NCBI GenBank assembly: GCA_017451485.1
Contig: JAFTOG010000003.1
Span: 3,959-67,958, forward strand
DNA from: Clostridia bacterium
Lineage (GTDB): Bacteria; Bacillota; Clostridia; Oscillospirales; CAG-272
DNA: 64,000 nucleotides
Direction of reading: 5' to 3'
In this document: one piece after another, positions 38,657 through 48,331 of the stretch
Numbering within the stretch: position 1 is the first letter of the stretch
Layout: each line of letters opens with the position of its first letter
Program-made: the position numbers and the translations under genes
The notes under the pieces: model-generated
Database searches by the model: none
What the model was told of the DNA's origin: nothing
What the model saw: the letters and a program-made list of their open reading frames with translations, nothing else

Positions 38657-41269
38657 TTAAACCTTTTTGCTTGTGCCGTAGTATGCATTCAGGTACATTT
38701 CCTTAATTTCACTCATAAGAGGATATCTGGGGTTAGCACCTGTGCACTGATCGTCAAATGCCTGCTCCACCATTTCATCAAGGTTGTCAAGGAAGTATTT
38801 TTCATCGACACCGTAATCCTTGATAGTGGACTTGATGCCAACCTTTTCCTTAAGCTCATTTATAGCCTTGATAAGGTTTTCCACCTTCTTTTCATCTGTT
38901 TTACCACCAAGTCCGAGATAGTCGGCAACCTCCGCATAGCGAGCCAATGCGTGGGGGTGGTCATACTGTGAGAAGGTACCCATCTTTGTAGGAGCCTCAT
39001 CAGAGTTGAACTTAATTACCTCATTGATCATAAGAGCATTTGCAACACCGTGGGGGAGGTGGTGGAATGCACCAAGCTTATGAGCCATTGAGTGACATAC
39101 ACCGAGGAATGCGTTAGCAAATGCCATACCTGCAATAGTTGCGGCGTTAGCCATCTTCTCACGGGCAACAACATCGGTCTGACCGTTATCGTATGCTCTG
39201 GGAAGATACTCAAAGATAACCTTCAGAGCTCTTAATGCCAATCCGTCTGTATAGTCTGTAGCCATAATGGATGCATATGCCTCAAGAGCGTGAGTTACAG
39301 CGTCAATACCGGATGCTGCAGTAAGTCCACGGGGTGCAGACATATGGAAGTCTGTGTCTATAATTGCCATATTGGGGAGGAGCTCATAGTCGGCAAGAGG
39401 ATATTTTACACCACTCTTTTCGTCTGTGATAACTGCAAAGGGAGTAACCTCGGAGCCTGTACCTGCAGATGTGGGGATTGCGATAAAGTACGCCTTTTCT
39501 CCCATTTTGGGGAATGTATATACTCTCTTACGGATATCCATAAATCGCATAGCCATATCCATAAAATCAACCTCGGGATGCTCATACATCACCCACATGA
39601 TCTTGGCAGCATCCATAGCAGAGCCACCACCAAGAGCGATAATTACATCAGGCTGGAATGCTCTCATCTGAGCAGCACCCTCCTTAGCACATGCAAGGGT
39701 GGGGTCCGGCTCTACATTGTGGAATGTAGCATACTGAATACCCATTTTAGAAAGCTCATCTGTGATAGGCTTAGCATATCCATTATTGAAAAGGAATGTA
39801 TCTGTAACGATAAATGCCTTTTTCTTGCCCATAACATCCTTAAGCTCGGCAAGAGCAACGGGCAGGCAGCCCTTCTTTATATATACCTTTTCGGGAGCTC
39901 TGAACCAAAGCATATTTTCTCTCCTTATTGCTACTGTTTTGATATTGAGAAGGTGCTTAACACCTACATTGTCGGAAATGGAGTTGCCACCCCAGGAGCC
40001 ACATCCAAGTGTAAGTGAAGGAGCAAGACGGAAGTTATAAACATCGCCCACTCCTCCGTGGGATGAGGGTGTATTTACAAGAATACGGCAGGTCTTCATC
40101 CTCAAGGTAAACTTTTCAAGCTTCTCTTTTTCTGTATACTCGTTAATATAAATGGAGGATGTATGTCCGAGGCCTCCGTCTTCTATGAGAGCATACGCCT
40201 TATCAAGTGCCTCATCAAAGCTATGTGCCTTATACATAGCAAGAACAGGAGAAAGCTTTTCATGTGCAAACTCCTCACTAAGATCCACGCTATCCACCTC
40301 ACCGATAAGAATCTTTGTCTTTTCGGGAACAGTAACGCCTGAGAGCTGTGCAATTTTAAATGCACTCTGACCAACTATTTTAGCGTTCAAGGCTCCGTTT
40401 ATGATAATAGTCTTACGAACCTTCTCTGTCTCCTCGGGTGTCAGGAAATAGCATCCACGACGGGTAAATTCTGCCTTCACCTCATTATATACCTTATCAA
40501 GAACTATAACAGACTGCTCAGATGCACAAATCATACCGTTATCAAAGGTTTTGGAGTGGATAATGGAGTTTACAGCAAGGAGAATATTTGCACTCTCGTC
40601 AATAATGGCAGGTGTGTTTCCTGCTCCTACGCCAAGTGCAGGCTTTCCACTGGAGTACGCCGCCTTAACCATACCGGGACCACCTGTTGCGAGAATAATA
40701 TCACTTTCTCTCATAAGGAGATTGGTAAGCTCAAGGCTGGGAACATCAATCCATGCGATGATATCCTCGGGGGCTCCTGCCTTAACAGCAGCCTCAAGAA
40801 CGATTCTGGACGCTGCAATAGTGGAGAGCTTTGCTCTGGGATGGGGGCTGATAATAATACCGTTTCTTGTTTTAAGAGCTATAAGCGTCTTGAATATAGC
40901 TGTTGATGTAGGGTTTGTTGTTGGAATTACAGCACCTACAACTCCCACAGGGGCAGCAATTTTCTGTATACCACCCGATACATCCTCTTCAATAACATCA
41001 CAGGTCTTTTCATCCCTATATTTATTGTAGATGTATTCGGAGGCAAGATGATTTTTTATAACCTTATCCTCAACAATACCCATTCCTGTTTCGGCTACTG
41101 CCATTTTAGCAAGAGAAATTCTTTCTCTGTTTGCTGCAAGGGCCGCCGCTGCAAAAATCTTATCTACCTGCTCCTGTGTGTAGGTAGCAAATTTTGCCTG
41201 TGCTGCCTTAACTCTCTTGAGTGCAGCCTCAAAGGTTTCTACATTTTCTACGATCTGATATTCTTTCAT
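38657..41269 (-). CDS. adhE: Bifunctional acetaldehyde-CoA / alcohol dehydrogenase
   Basis: An N-terminal ALDH domain is fused to a C-terminal iron-ADH domain (GGGSAMDAAK plus His-rich metal ligands). I prefer the start MKEYQIV at 41269, which has a GAGAGGG RBS. Confidence 0.95.
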   Translation of the reverse strand: MKEYQIVENVETFEAALKRVKAAQAKFATYTQEQVDKIFAAAALAANRERISLAKMAVAETGMGIVEDKVIKNHLASEYIYNKYRDEKTCDVIEEDVSGGIQKIAAPVGVVGAVIPTTNPTSTAIFKTLIALKTRNGIIISPHPRAKLSTIAASRIVLEAAVKAGAPEDIIAWIDVPSLELTNLLMRESDIILATGGPGMVKAAYSSGKPALGVGAGNTPAIIDESANILLAVNSIIHSKTFDNGMICASEQSVIVLDKVYNEVKAEFTRRGCYFLTPEETEKVRKTIIINGALNAKIVGQSAFKIAQLSGVTVPEKTKILIGEVDSVDLSEEFAHEKLSPVLAMYKAHSFDEALDKAYALIEDGGLGHTSSIYINEYTEKEKLEKFTLRMKTCRILVNTPSSHGGVGDVYNFRLAPSLTLGCGSWGGNSISDNVGVKHLLNIKTVAIRRENMLWFRAPEKVYIKKGCLPVALAELKDVMGKKKAFIVTDTFLFNNGYAKPITDELSKMGIQYATFHNVEPDPTLACAKEGAAQMRAFQPDVIIALGGGSAMDAAKIMWVMYEHPEVDFMDMAMRFMDIRKRVYTFPKMGEKAYFIAIPTSAGTGSEVTPFAVITDEKSGVKYPLADYELLPNMAIIDTDFHMSAPRGLTAASGIDAVTHALEAYASIMATDYTDGLALRALKVIFEYLPRAYDNGQTDVVAREKMANAATIAGMAFANAFLGVCHSMAHKLGAFHHLPHGVANALMINEVIKFNSDEAPTKMGTFSQYDHPHALARYAEVADYLGLGGKTDEKKVENLIKAINELKEKVGIKSTIKDYGVDEKYFLDNLDEMVEQAFDDQCTGANPRYPLMSEIKEMYLNAYYGTSKKV

Positions 41270-41331
41270 TGTAATACCCTCTCTTCGATAGAATTTTATG
41301 CCTCTTTTCAGGCATCTTAAACTACGGGAAT

Positions 41332-41360
41332 ATTCTAACACAGTTTATGCGTTTTGTGAA
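41332..41360 (-). promoter_or_regulatory. Likely adhE promoter with an extended -10
   Basis: On the minus strand: TTCACA, a 17-nt spacer and TGT-TAGAAT. Confidence 0.45.
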
Positions 41361-41559
41361 ATGCTTATATCGTATAGAGCTATGCTTTTAATTACATATC
41401 CAATAATGCTTATTTTAACACAAATACGCATAAAAATTTTAGTCAAAATATACAATTTATTTGTTTTTTAAGTATTTTTTCCCAATTCCTTGTAAAAAAG
41501 ACAAAATCAAACAGCTTTTATGGTATTTAGTTAGATATATTTTTATATATGGTCAAAAT

Positions 41560-41597
41560 ACAAAAATAGAGCAAACAGATTGTTTCTATTGCTCTAT
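41560..41597 (-). terminator. Intrinsic terminator after the LysR-orf82-orf169 unit
   Basis: On the minus strand, ATAGAGCAA-loop-TTGCTCTAT is followed by TTTTTG. Confidence 0.7.
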
Positions 41598-41605
41598 TTT
41601 AACTA

Positions 41606-42115
41606 TTATGTGTATATAAAACCCTTGTTTTTTATAAATTCCTTAATTTTTTCAAAGGATGAAATCCGTTCATTAAATTTGTATTCGGTAAGCTGAAATT
41701 CCACACTATCCTTACCTACATAGTCGCAAACATCACTCTTACCCACCCAGCATACACCAATCCTGATACATTCGGCAATGGAATTGCTTAAAGTAAATTC
41801 ACAGTAATTTTTATTGTCTATATTAACGGTTATTTTCCGTTCTCCCATTACGATGCCCCATTTGGGTGACAGCTCGCAACCGGAAAGGAGAATCAATTGC
41901 ATACTGATTTGTCTTGCCACCTCATCCATAAAGCTTTGATCAAATTTTCCAATAGATTTACGGTCAGTGTAATGAATTTCCGGAGAGGCATATTTTGATT
42001 TTCTGAAATATACAAGCTCCTTACCCTCTATAGCATCAATAAATTGCCTTGGAACAGAGCTGCATAGCTCAATATCTATCTCATTGGCTGAGAAAAATGG
42101 AATTCTTTTATGCAC
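41606..42115 (-). CDS. Hypothetical protein (169 aa), no family recognised
   Basis: The ORF has only a GTG start and a weak RBS. Its reading frame remains open upstream of that GTG. Confidence 0.4.
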   Translation of the reverse strand: MHKRIPFFSANEIDIELCSSVPRQFIDAIEGKELVYFRKSKYASPEIHYTDRKSIGKFDQSFMDEVARQISMQLILLSGCELSPKWGIVMGERKITVNIDNKNYCEFTLSNSIAECIRIGVCWVGKSDVCDYVGKDSVEFQLTEYKFNERISSFEKIKEFIKNKGFIYT

Positions 42116-42132
42116 CGTCGACCTATCCCAGC

Positions 42133-42381
42133 TTATCCACTGTATATCCCATATGTTTTTTCTGTGGATGAGTGTAAGGGATAATATACTCTGTCATCAT
42201 CCATAAATTGATAAATGCCAAAGATGTTACCCTCCTCAGGTTTAATAAAGTCACCGTACATTTGCACCTTTTTCACAGTAGGGTCAAGCGTTGCGATTTT
42301 TTCAACAATCCTGTTTATGCCATTGTAAAGCTGAGTAGATATCAGCCAATTAATAAGGGAATTGTGTATATCTATCTTCAT
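42133..42381 (-). CDS. Hypothetical protein (82 aa), no family recognised
   Basis: ATG with a GGAGAGG RBS, 26 nt after the LysR stop. Confidence 0.4.
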   Translation of the reverse strand: MKIDIHNSLINWLISTQLYNGINRIVEKIATLDPTVKKVQMYGDFIKPEEGNIFGIYQFMDDDRVYYPLHSSTEKTYGIYSG

Positions 42382-42407
42382 ATCCTCTCCAAATTATAAT
42401 TCTGCGT

Positions 42408-43328
42408 TTACATTCCTTCCTTAGCCTTCAATACTAAAGCTATAAACCTTTTATCTATATCGGTTAGCCTATAGTTCTCTCTGTATATTAAAACATCCTT
42501 ATATTTCTTTTTCATATAATCACATTGGCGTTCCACAAGGTTGTTGTTGGCAAGCATTTCGTCAGGCATTGGAGATACCCACATAAAGGTATTCGGCACC
42601 TGCTCAAGGAGCATATACTGGCTCGCCCTCTCAAATACATATATTCTCTTATCAACAAACTCGGACATCTCTGCCTTTTTAACATCAATAATAGGCAATG
42701 AGGGAACATATGGGTCTGCGTGTGCTATCTCAATATAATCGGACAAGTCCTCCGGGTTTATAACCTCCTTTTTGGCAAGAGGATTATTTATGGACATTGC
42801 AAGAACATAGGAAAACTCTGTAATAGTCTTTGAAACAAGATTTTTCTCCTTGAACATAGACTCAAAATACTTCTCAAAGGTTTCCTGATATCTGATTATC
42901 GCAAGGTTATATTCTCCACGCAAAATATTGTTTATAGCACGCATAGAATTGGTCTCTTTATAAAAAATCTCGGCGGGAGTGTCTGTTTTTATAGATTTCG
43001 CCAGCTCACCAAAGGCATATGCAATGTATCCCGCACGGGGCACACAGGCAGAAAACTGCTGTTTATTTGTCTTGCCCGTTTTATAAATATCCTCAAGCTC
43101 ATCTATTTGGGAAAGTATCCTCTTTGCATACTGTAGAAACTCCTCACCGTGGGGAGTAACCGTAATACCCTTAGAGTTTCTTTCAAAAATTATGATGCCG
43201 AGGCTGTCCTCCAATTCCTTTATGGCACGGCTAAGATTTGGCTGACCCATATACAGGTTTTTGGCAGCCTTGCTGATGGACTTATTCTTCTCCACCTCTA
43301 TGGCATATTTAAGATACTGGATATTCAT
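42408..43328 (-). CDS. LysR-family transcriptional regulator
   Basis: The HTH region is MNIQYLKYAIEVEKNKSISKAAKNLYMGQPNLSRAIKELE. I prefer the start at 43328. Confidence 0.85.
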   Translation of the reverse strand: MNIQYLKYAIEVEKNKSISKAAKNLYMGQPNLSRAIKELEDSLGIIIFERNSKGITVTPHGEEFLQYAKRILSQIDELEDIYKTGKTNKQQFSACVPRAGYIAYAFGELAKSIKTDTPAEIFYKETNSMRAINNILRGEYNLAIIRYQETFEKYFESMFKEKNLVSKTITEFSYVLAMSINNPLAKKEVINPEDLSDYIEIAHADPYVPSLPIIDVKKAEMSEFVDKRIYVFERASQYMLLEQVPNTFMWVSPMPDEMLANNNLVERQCDYMKKKYKDVLIYRENYRLTDIDKRFIALVLKAKEGM

Positions 43329-43357
43329 ACTGTACCTCCAAAGCTTTCTACCTATAT

Positions 43358-43386
43358 ATTTTATCATATATCATCCAAGTTGTCAA
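43358..43386 (-). promoter_or_regulatory. SigA-type promoter of the LysR gene
   Basis: On the minus strand: TTGACA, a 17-nt spacer and TAAAAT. Confidence 0.55.
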
Positions 43387-43394
43387 TAAATCAA

Positions 43395-43425
43395 AAACAA
43401 GAGTAGTGAAAAACACTACTCCTGC
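43395..43425 (-). terminator. Intrinsic terminator after the flotillin gene
   Basis: On the minus strand, GAGTAGTG-TTTTT-CACTACTC is followed by TTGTTTTT. Confidence 0.7.
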
Positions 43426-43442
43426 CTTTTATGTAATTAAAA

Positions 43443-44864
43443 TTACTCTGCTGATTCGGTAGATGCATCTACTGTGGGGGCTGTGCTCTGTGCTGCCTTA
43501 CCACCTACAAAGCCTGCAAGAAGACTTGCAAGATCAATACCTGTAGACTGCTTCATACCCTCCATTATCTGGTCGGTGCTGTTCATAACATCACGAACGA
43601 GCTTTGTAGAGTTGCCGTCACCGTACATAACGATCTTATCTGTCTGTGCAAGAGGTGTAGCAGCATTCTTAACAACCTCGGGAAGAGCTGTAAGATACAT
43701 TTCAAGAACGGATGCCTCACCCATTTTCTTCTGTGCCTCTGCCTTCTTCTCGATAGCCTCAGCCTCTGCCATACCCTTGGCTCTGATACCCTCGGCCTCC
43801 TGCTCCATAGCATAACGGAGTGCCTCAGCCTCTGCCTTTTTCGCTTCTGCTGCCTTTATAGCCTCATACTGACGGGCATCTGCCTCTCTTTGACGCTTGA
43901 TAAGAGATGCCTCTGCTCTCTTTTCCTCCTGGTATTTAAGAGCATCTGCCTGCTTCTTGATTTCTGCATCAAGCTCTCTTTCCTTGATGGCGATTTCCTT
44001 TTCTGCAAGCTCTGCTTCCTTTTCACGGCGTGCAATGTCAGCATTTGTCTTTGCAATTTCTATAGTTTTACGCTGATTTTCCTGTTGGATTGAGTATGCA
44101 GCATCCGCTTCAGCACGCTTGGTATCTGCCTTAACCTTCATTTCGGCCTGCTGTACTGCAAGAGCAGCATCCTGCTCTGCTATCTTCTTTTCAGCCTCTA
44201 CCTTAACGGCATTTGCCTCCTGCTGAGCATTTGATGTCGCAATAGCTATATCACGCTGTGCGTTTGCCTTTGCTATCTGTGCATTCTTTCTGATCTGCTC
44301 AACATTATCAATACCCATATTTTCAATGGTGCCTGCTCCGTCCTTGAAGTTCTGAATATTGAAGTTTACAACCTCGATACCCAGCTTTTCCATATCGGGA
44401 ACTACATTTTCAGTAATCTTTTTAGCAACACCCTGTCTGTCCTGTACCATTTCCTTAAGTCCTACAGAGCCCACGATTTCACGCATGTTGCCCTCAAGAA
44501 CCTGTGTTACAAGGTTAACCATCTCCTGGCGATTTTTACCAAGGAGAGCTTCTGCCGCACGCTTGAGAAGCTCGGGATCTGAAGAAACCTTGATATTTGC
44601 AACACCGTCAACAGTAACATTGATAAACTCATTTGTAGGAACTGCCTCAGATGTTTTTACATCGACCTGTAAAACTCCGAGTGAAAGCTTATCAAGACGG
44701 GTAAAGAACGGCATTCTCCAACCTGCTTTACCTATAAGAATTCGTCTTTTTCCAAGACCTGAGATGATAAATGCTGTATCCGGTGGAGCCTTAAGATAGC
44801 CCAAAACAAATAACAGCACAGCAAGAGCCACCACTATAATTATGGGGATAACAAAACCTGGCAT
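43443..44864 (-). CDS. floT: Flotillin-like SPFH/Band-7 protein (FloT/YuaG type)
   Basis: An N-terminal membrane hairpin and an SPFH domain are followed by a long A/E/K-rich coiled coil. The start MPGFVIP at 44864 has an AGGAGG RBS. Confidence 0.85.
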   Translation of the reverse strand: MPGFVIPIIIVVALAVLLFVLGYLKAPPDTAFIISGLGKRRILIGKAGWRMPFFTRLDKLSLGVLQVDVKTSEAVPTNEFINVTVDGVANIKVSSDPELLKRAAEALLGKNRQEMVNLVTQVLEGNMREIVGSVGLKEMVQDRQGVAKKITENVVPDMEKLGIEVVNFNIQNFKDGAGTIENMGIDNVEQIRKNAQIAKANAQRDIAIATSNAQQEANAVKVEAEKKIAEQDAALAVQQAEMKVKADTKRAEADAAYSIQQENQRKTIEIAKTNADIARREKEAELAEKEIAIKERELDAEIKKQADALKYQEEKRAEASLIKRQREADARQYEAIKAAEAKKAEAEALRYAMEQEAEGIRAKGMAEAEAIEKKAEAQKKMGEASVLEMYLTALPEVVKNAATPLAQTDKIVMYGDGNSTKLVRDVMNSTDQIMEGMKQSTGIDLASLLAGFVGGKAAQSTAPTVDASTESAE

Positions 44865-44988
44865 AGAAAAACCTCCTGAATTACGATATATTTTCACCGA
44901 AAAAATCTGTAGAATTTATACGATGAGAAATGACAGAGATGAACATATATACGCCTCGCCATCATATCTCTACTAAACTCTAAAGACT

Positions 44989-45127
44989 AAAAAAGACCCT
45001 TAGCGTATTAAAACACACTAAAAGTCTCGTTAAAATCCTTTCAAATTCAGTACGGACCGAGCACCTGCAGATGCTGTCTTGACGATGCGTACACATTGCC
45101 ATGGCAATGAACTACTCCCTTTTCGGT
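44989..45127 (-). ncRNA. Candidate structured leader or small RNA upstream of the flotillin gene (class unknown)
   Basis: It runs from a consensus promoter (45134-45162) to an intrinsic terminator (44989-45026). A predicted three-way junction comprises AGUUCA/UGAAUU, the UUGCCAUGGCAA hairpin and GUACG...CGUAC enclosing AGCAUC-UGCA-GGUGCU. Confidence 0.4.
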
Positions 45128-45133
45128 ATTATT

Positions 45134-45162
45134 ATTTTAGCACATTTTGTGTCTGATGTCAA
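45134..45162 (-). promoter_or_regulatory. SigA-type promoter driving the flotillin leader
   Basis: On the minus strand: TTGACA, a 17-nt spacer and TAAAAT. Confidence 0.55.
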
Positions 45163-45270
45163 TGTTTTTAGATCATATTTTACATAAATCTCCATTTTTG
45201 TATAACTGCACAATTATGAAATTCAAATTTGTACATTTTCAACAAAATATAAATTAAGCATATTTCAAAT

Positions 45271-45297
45271 AAAAAAGAGCCCACAAATGTAGGCTCT
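45271..45297 (-). terminator. Intrinsic terminator after the sufBD-like gene
   Basis: On the minus strand, AGAGCC-loop-GGCTCT is followed by TTTTTT. Confidence 0.7.
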
Positions 45298-45304
45298 GAA
45301 TTAT

Positions 45305-46222
45305 TTATTTGAGGAATCCGCTGACAATCTGCTCCTCTGCCTCCTGCTCTGTCAATCCGAGGGTCATAAGCTTTATAAGCTGTTCTCCTGCTATTTTACC
45401 TATTGCCGCCTCGTGAATCAATGATGCATCTATATGATTGGCAGTGATTTCGGGAATGGCAGATACTGTGGCATCATCCATAATAATCGCATCGCACTCA
45501 GTATGTCCCGAGCACTTGTTATTACCGTTGATACGGGATAAAAATACCTGTCTGGACTTGTCCTTTGCAACTGAACGGGATATTACATTAGCTCCGGAAT
45601 TCTCTCCGTCAAGGTCAACAGTAAACTCAGTTTCAGCAAGCTGGGTGCCGTGGGTCATAAGCTTTTCCTTAATCACTACCCTTGCATCATTACCCAATTT
45701 GGCTGTAGTTACACGCTTTGTGGAGTCGATACCCTTGATCTGTGTAGTCTCCATCTCCATATATCCACCGTCATCAACCTCGATTACGGTAGTGGGATTC
45801 ATAATATTTTCACCGTTACCGTCTCCTGCTCCATAATGCTTTTCCACATATTTTAGCTTCGCATTTTTTCCTACATGGAAGGTATGGATGCCGTCGTGCT
45901 CCGATGTCTTATCTCCACTGTTATGGATGCCGCAGCCTGCAACTATTACAACATCACTGTCTTCTCCAATATAGAAATCATTATATACAAGGTCAGTAAG
46001 ACCACTCTGACTGATAATAACGGGAATATGGACACTCTCATTCCTTGTACCTGGCTTGATTATAATATCAATACCGGGCTTATCTGCCTTGGTTACTATA
46101 TCTATATTAGCTGTTGTGTTTCTGCCACCCAATGCTCCGTTAGCACGGATATTATATGCTCCCTCCGGCGTACCGTGAAGGTCAGCTATCTTTTCAAGAA
46201 GGTCTTTTTCTATTTTTTCCAT
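45305..46222 (-). CDS. SufB/SufD-family Fe-S cluster assembly scaffold protein (short clostridial form)
   Basis: The C-terminal block is LIHEAAIGKIAGEQLIKLMTLGLTEQEAEEQIVSGF. Confidence 0.8.
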   Translation of the reverse strand: MEKIEKDLLEKIADLHGTPEGAYNIRANGALGGRNTTANIDIVTKADKPGIDIIIKPGTRNESVHIPVIISQSGLTDLVYNDFYIGEDSDVVIVAGCGIHNSGDKTSEHDGIHTFHVGKNAKLKYVEKHYGAGDGNGENIMNPTTVIEVDDGGYMEMETTQIKGIDSTKRVTTAKLGNDARVVIKEKLMTHGTQLAETEFTVDLDGENSGANVISRSVAKDKSRQVFLSRINGNNKCSGHTECDAIIMDDATVSAIPEITANHIDASLIHEAAIGKIAGEQLIKLMTLGLTEQEAEEQIVSGFLK

Positions 46223-46233
46223 AATATACCCCC

Positions 46234-46956
46234 TTAATTAAACGCCTTACAGGAGGATTCTGCCCCGCCTCTTCCAAGAAGCTCAGGTAAAATATCCGCC
46301 TTAGGACCGTATTGCTTAACACTTCCGTTTGCCACAACTACTATCTTGTCGGCAATATTAAGTATTCTCTCCTGATGTGAAATGATGATAATGGAGCCGT
46401 TTATCTTATCGTACATTTTTTCAAAAACTCTGATAAGGTTATTAAAGCTCCAAAGGTCGATACCTGCCTCTGGCTCATCAAATAAGGAAAGCTTAGTGCC
46501 TCTTGCCATAATCATAGCAATCTCAATTCTTTTAAGCTCTCCACCGGACAATGAGGCATTTACCTCTCTGTTAATGTAATCACGGGCACACAGACCTACC
46601 TCGGAAAGATAGGTGCAAGCATCGGAAACCGTAATATTTTTACCTGCTGCCAAAGTAATAAGGTCCTTAACGGTAAGTCCCTTAAACCTTACAGGCTGCT
46701 GGAATGCAAAGCTGATACCCTTTTTTGCCCTTTCTGTAATAGATAAATTTGTAATATCCTCACCGTCAAGAAGAATCTTACCCGATGTAGGCTGGTAGAT
46801 ACCGGCAATAATCTTTGCAAGAGTGGATTTTCCACCACCGTTAGGTCCTGTAATGGCAACGAAGCGATCATCCAATTTAAGGCTGACATTCTTTAATATT
46901 TCTTTCTTTTCATTCTCTGCGTCTACCTCAAAGGAAACATTTATAAGCTCAAGCAC
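46234..46956 (-). CDS. sufC: SufC-like Fe-S assembly ABC ATPase
   Basis: Walker A is GPNGGGKST, the signature motif is LSGGELKR and Walker B is LFDEPEAGID. Confidence 0.85.
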   Translation of the reverse strand: MLELINVSFEVDAENEKKEILKNVSLKLDDRFVAITGPNGGGKSTLAKIIAGIYQPTSGKILLDGEDITNLSITERAKKGISFAFQQPVRFKGLTVKDLITLAAGKNITVSDACTYLSEVGLCARDYINREVNASLSGGELKRIEIAMIMARGTKLSLFDEPEAGIDLWSFNNLIRVFEKMYDKINGSIIIISHQERILNIADKIVVVANGSVKQYGPKADILPELLGRGGAESSCKAFN

Positions 46957-47126
46957 AAAATCACTCCTTTACACTTTAATAAATTTATTATGTTATAATA
47001 AGTGTCAAATTAACTTATCAAAGTATTTTAACATATATTTTTCCGTATGTGAAGAGTTTTTTCTAATTATTATGACATTTTTTTATTCTTTTACGCTATA
47101 GGGTAATATCAAAATATATATAGGAA

Positions 47127-47163
47127 AGAAAAAATCTCCATCGATGTGATGGAGATATTTTTC
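47127..47163. terminator. Terminator after rpmA
   Basis: AAAAAA-ATCTCCATC-GATGT-GATGGAGAT-ATTTTT. Confidence 0.7.
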
Positions 47164-47176
47164 TTTGAAAGTTATC

Positions 47177-47455
47177 TTATTTTGCGTAAACGCTTACTCT
47201 CTTCTTGTCCTTTGTTGCGTGCTCAAACTTTACAACACCGTCAACCAATGCGAAGAGTGTATCGTCAGATCCGATACCTACATTTGTACCGGGATGAATC
47301 TTTGTTCCTCTCTGTCTTACGATGATGTTACCTGCAAGAACAGATGCACCGTCAGCCTTCTTAACACCAAGTCTCTTGGATTCGCTGTCACGGCCGTTCT
47401 TTGTGGAACCAACACCCTTTTTATGAGCGAAGAACTGTAAACCAAGTCTTAACAT
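47177..47455 (-). CDS. rpmA: 50S ribosomal protein L27 with the Firmicute N-terminal propeptide
   Basis: The start is [24 protein letters not shown] with a GGAGG RBS. The ORF-track N-terminal extension is discarded. Confidence 0.95.
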   Translation of the reverse strand: MLRLGLQFFAHKKGVGSTKNGRDSESKRLGVKKADGASVLAGNIIVRQRGTKIHPGTNVGIGSDDTLFALVDGVVKFEHATKDKKRVSVYAK

Positions 47456-47471
47456 TATATGTTCCTCCGTC

Positions 47472-47852
47472 TTATTTTTTACGTTTTTTGTCGCCGTCAT
47501 ATTCCTTTTCGATTACATCTACATCAAGATAGTCGTAATAATCCTCGACTAAATCGATAAGCTGATAGTAATACGCCATAATGAGACCCGAGATAGCGTA
47601 TCTCTTTTTCTCATCCTGCTCGTACTCCGGCAACGCACTGCACGAGCTAACGCGTACATTTGTGGTTTCTTCGTCAATCTCATAATCAATATTGGATGCA
47701 TACGCAACCTCAACTGCGTTTATAACAAGCATAGTCATTGCAGAAATTGACGCACAAACGATATCATTACCGTCTTCTGCAAAGCCTGCATGTCCCTGCT
47801 CTTCAAAGCCCCAATAATAATCACCTGATTTGAAAAATACGACCTTTGTCAT
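47472..47852 (-). CDS. prp: Ribosomal-processing cysteine protease Prp (YsxB)
   Basis: The motif GHAGF....D.VCASIS is present, and the gene sits between rplU and rpmA. Confidence 0.85.
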   Translation of the reverse strand: MTKVVFFKSGDYYWGFEEQGHAGFAEDGNDIVCASISAMTMLVINAVEVAYASNIDYEIDEETTNVRVSSCSALPEYEQDEKKRYAISGLIMAYYYQLIDLVEDYYDYLDVDVIEKEYDGDKKRKK

Positions 47853-47865
47853 AATTCTCTCCGAA

Positions 47866-48177
47866 TTAGCCCTCGATCTTCTCGATCTGTACCTTTGTAT
47901 AAGGCTGTCTGTGACCGATCTTCTTCTTCTCGTTCTTCTTAGCCTTATATTTCATAACGTAAATTTTCTTTGCCTTACCGTTACGAACAACTCTTGCTGT
48001 TACGGAAGCACCGGAAACATAGGGAGCACCTGCTACGAAGCCATCGTTGTTAGATACTGCAAGTACCTTATCAAACTTAACCTCCTCGCCTTCTGCTACA
48101 CCAAGCTTTTCAACGAAGATAATGTCGCCCTCGTCTACTTTGTACTGCTTTCCGCCTGTTAAAATGATTGCAAACAC
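47866..48177 (-). CDS. rplU: 50S ribosomal protein L21
   Basis: The N-terminus is [14 protein letters not shown] prefer the second GTG (48177), 8 nt after GAGAGG. Confidence 0.9.
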   Translation of the reverse strand: MFAIILTGGKQYKVDEGDIIFVEKLGVAEGEEVKFDKVLAVSNNDGFVAGAPYVSGASVTARVVRNGKAKKIYVMKYKAKKNEKKKIGHRQPYTKVQIEKIEG

Positions 48178-48252
48178 GAAAAGCACCTCTCTTTCAATAT
48201 ATACTCGCTAAGCCGGGTAGCATACGCTTTTCAGACCTCGGCATTATGCGGC
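48178..48252 (-). promoter_or_regulatory. Structured 5' leader of rplU-prp-rpmA (possible L21-leader type autoregulatory element)
   Basis: A ~75-nt GC-richer leader containing the UACGC...GCGUA helix lies between the promoter and the RBS. Such a leader is known upstream of rplU in low-GC Gram-positives. I could not score it against a covariance model. Confidence 0.4.
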
Positions 48253-48258
48253 GTAACG

Positions 48259-48287
48259 ATTTTAGCACAAAAGCCTTGCTTTGTCAA
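48259..48287 (-). promoter_or_regulatory. SigA-type promoter of the rplU operon
   Basis: On the minus strand: TTGACA, a 17-nt spacer and TAAAAT. Confidence 0.6.
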
Positions 48288-48331
48288 TAGGTTTTATAAA
48301 AAAGTCGAAAATATTTTTTATATAATATAGT

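Noticed and set aside
41345-41372. Rex (redox repressor) operator upstream of adhE
   Set aside because: Only one half-site (TTGTGAA) is present, overlapping the -35. The partner half matches about 2 of 7 positions, so I do not call a Rex box.
44960-45095. 43-aa Cys-containing ORF (MAMCTHRQDSICRC...) inside the flotillin leader, considered as a type I toxin or small membrane protein
   Set aside because: The GGGAG sits about 12 nt from the ATG, which is too far. The ORF also reads through the terminator hairpin and U-run before reaching its stop, so terminated transcripts would lack a stop codon.
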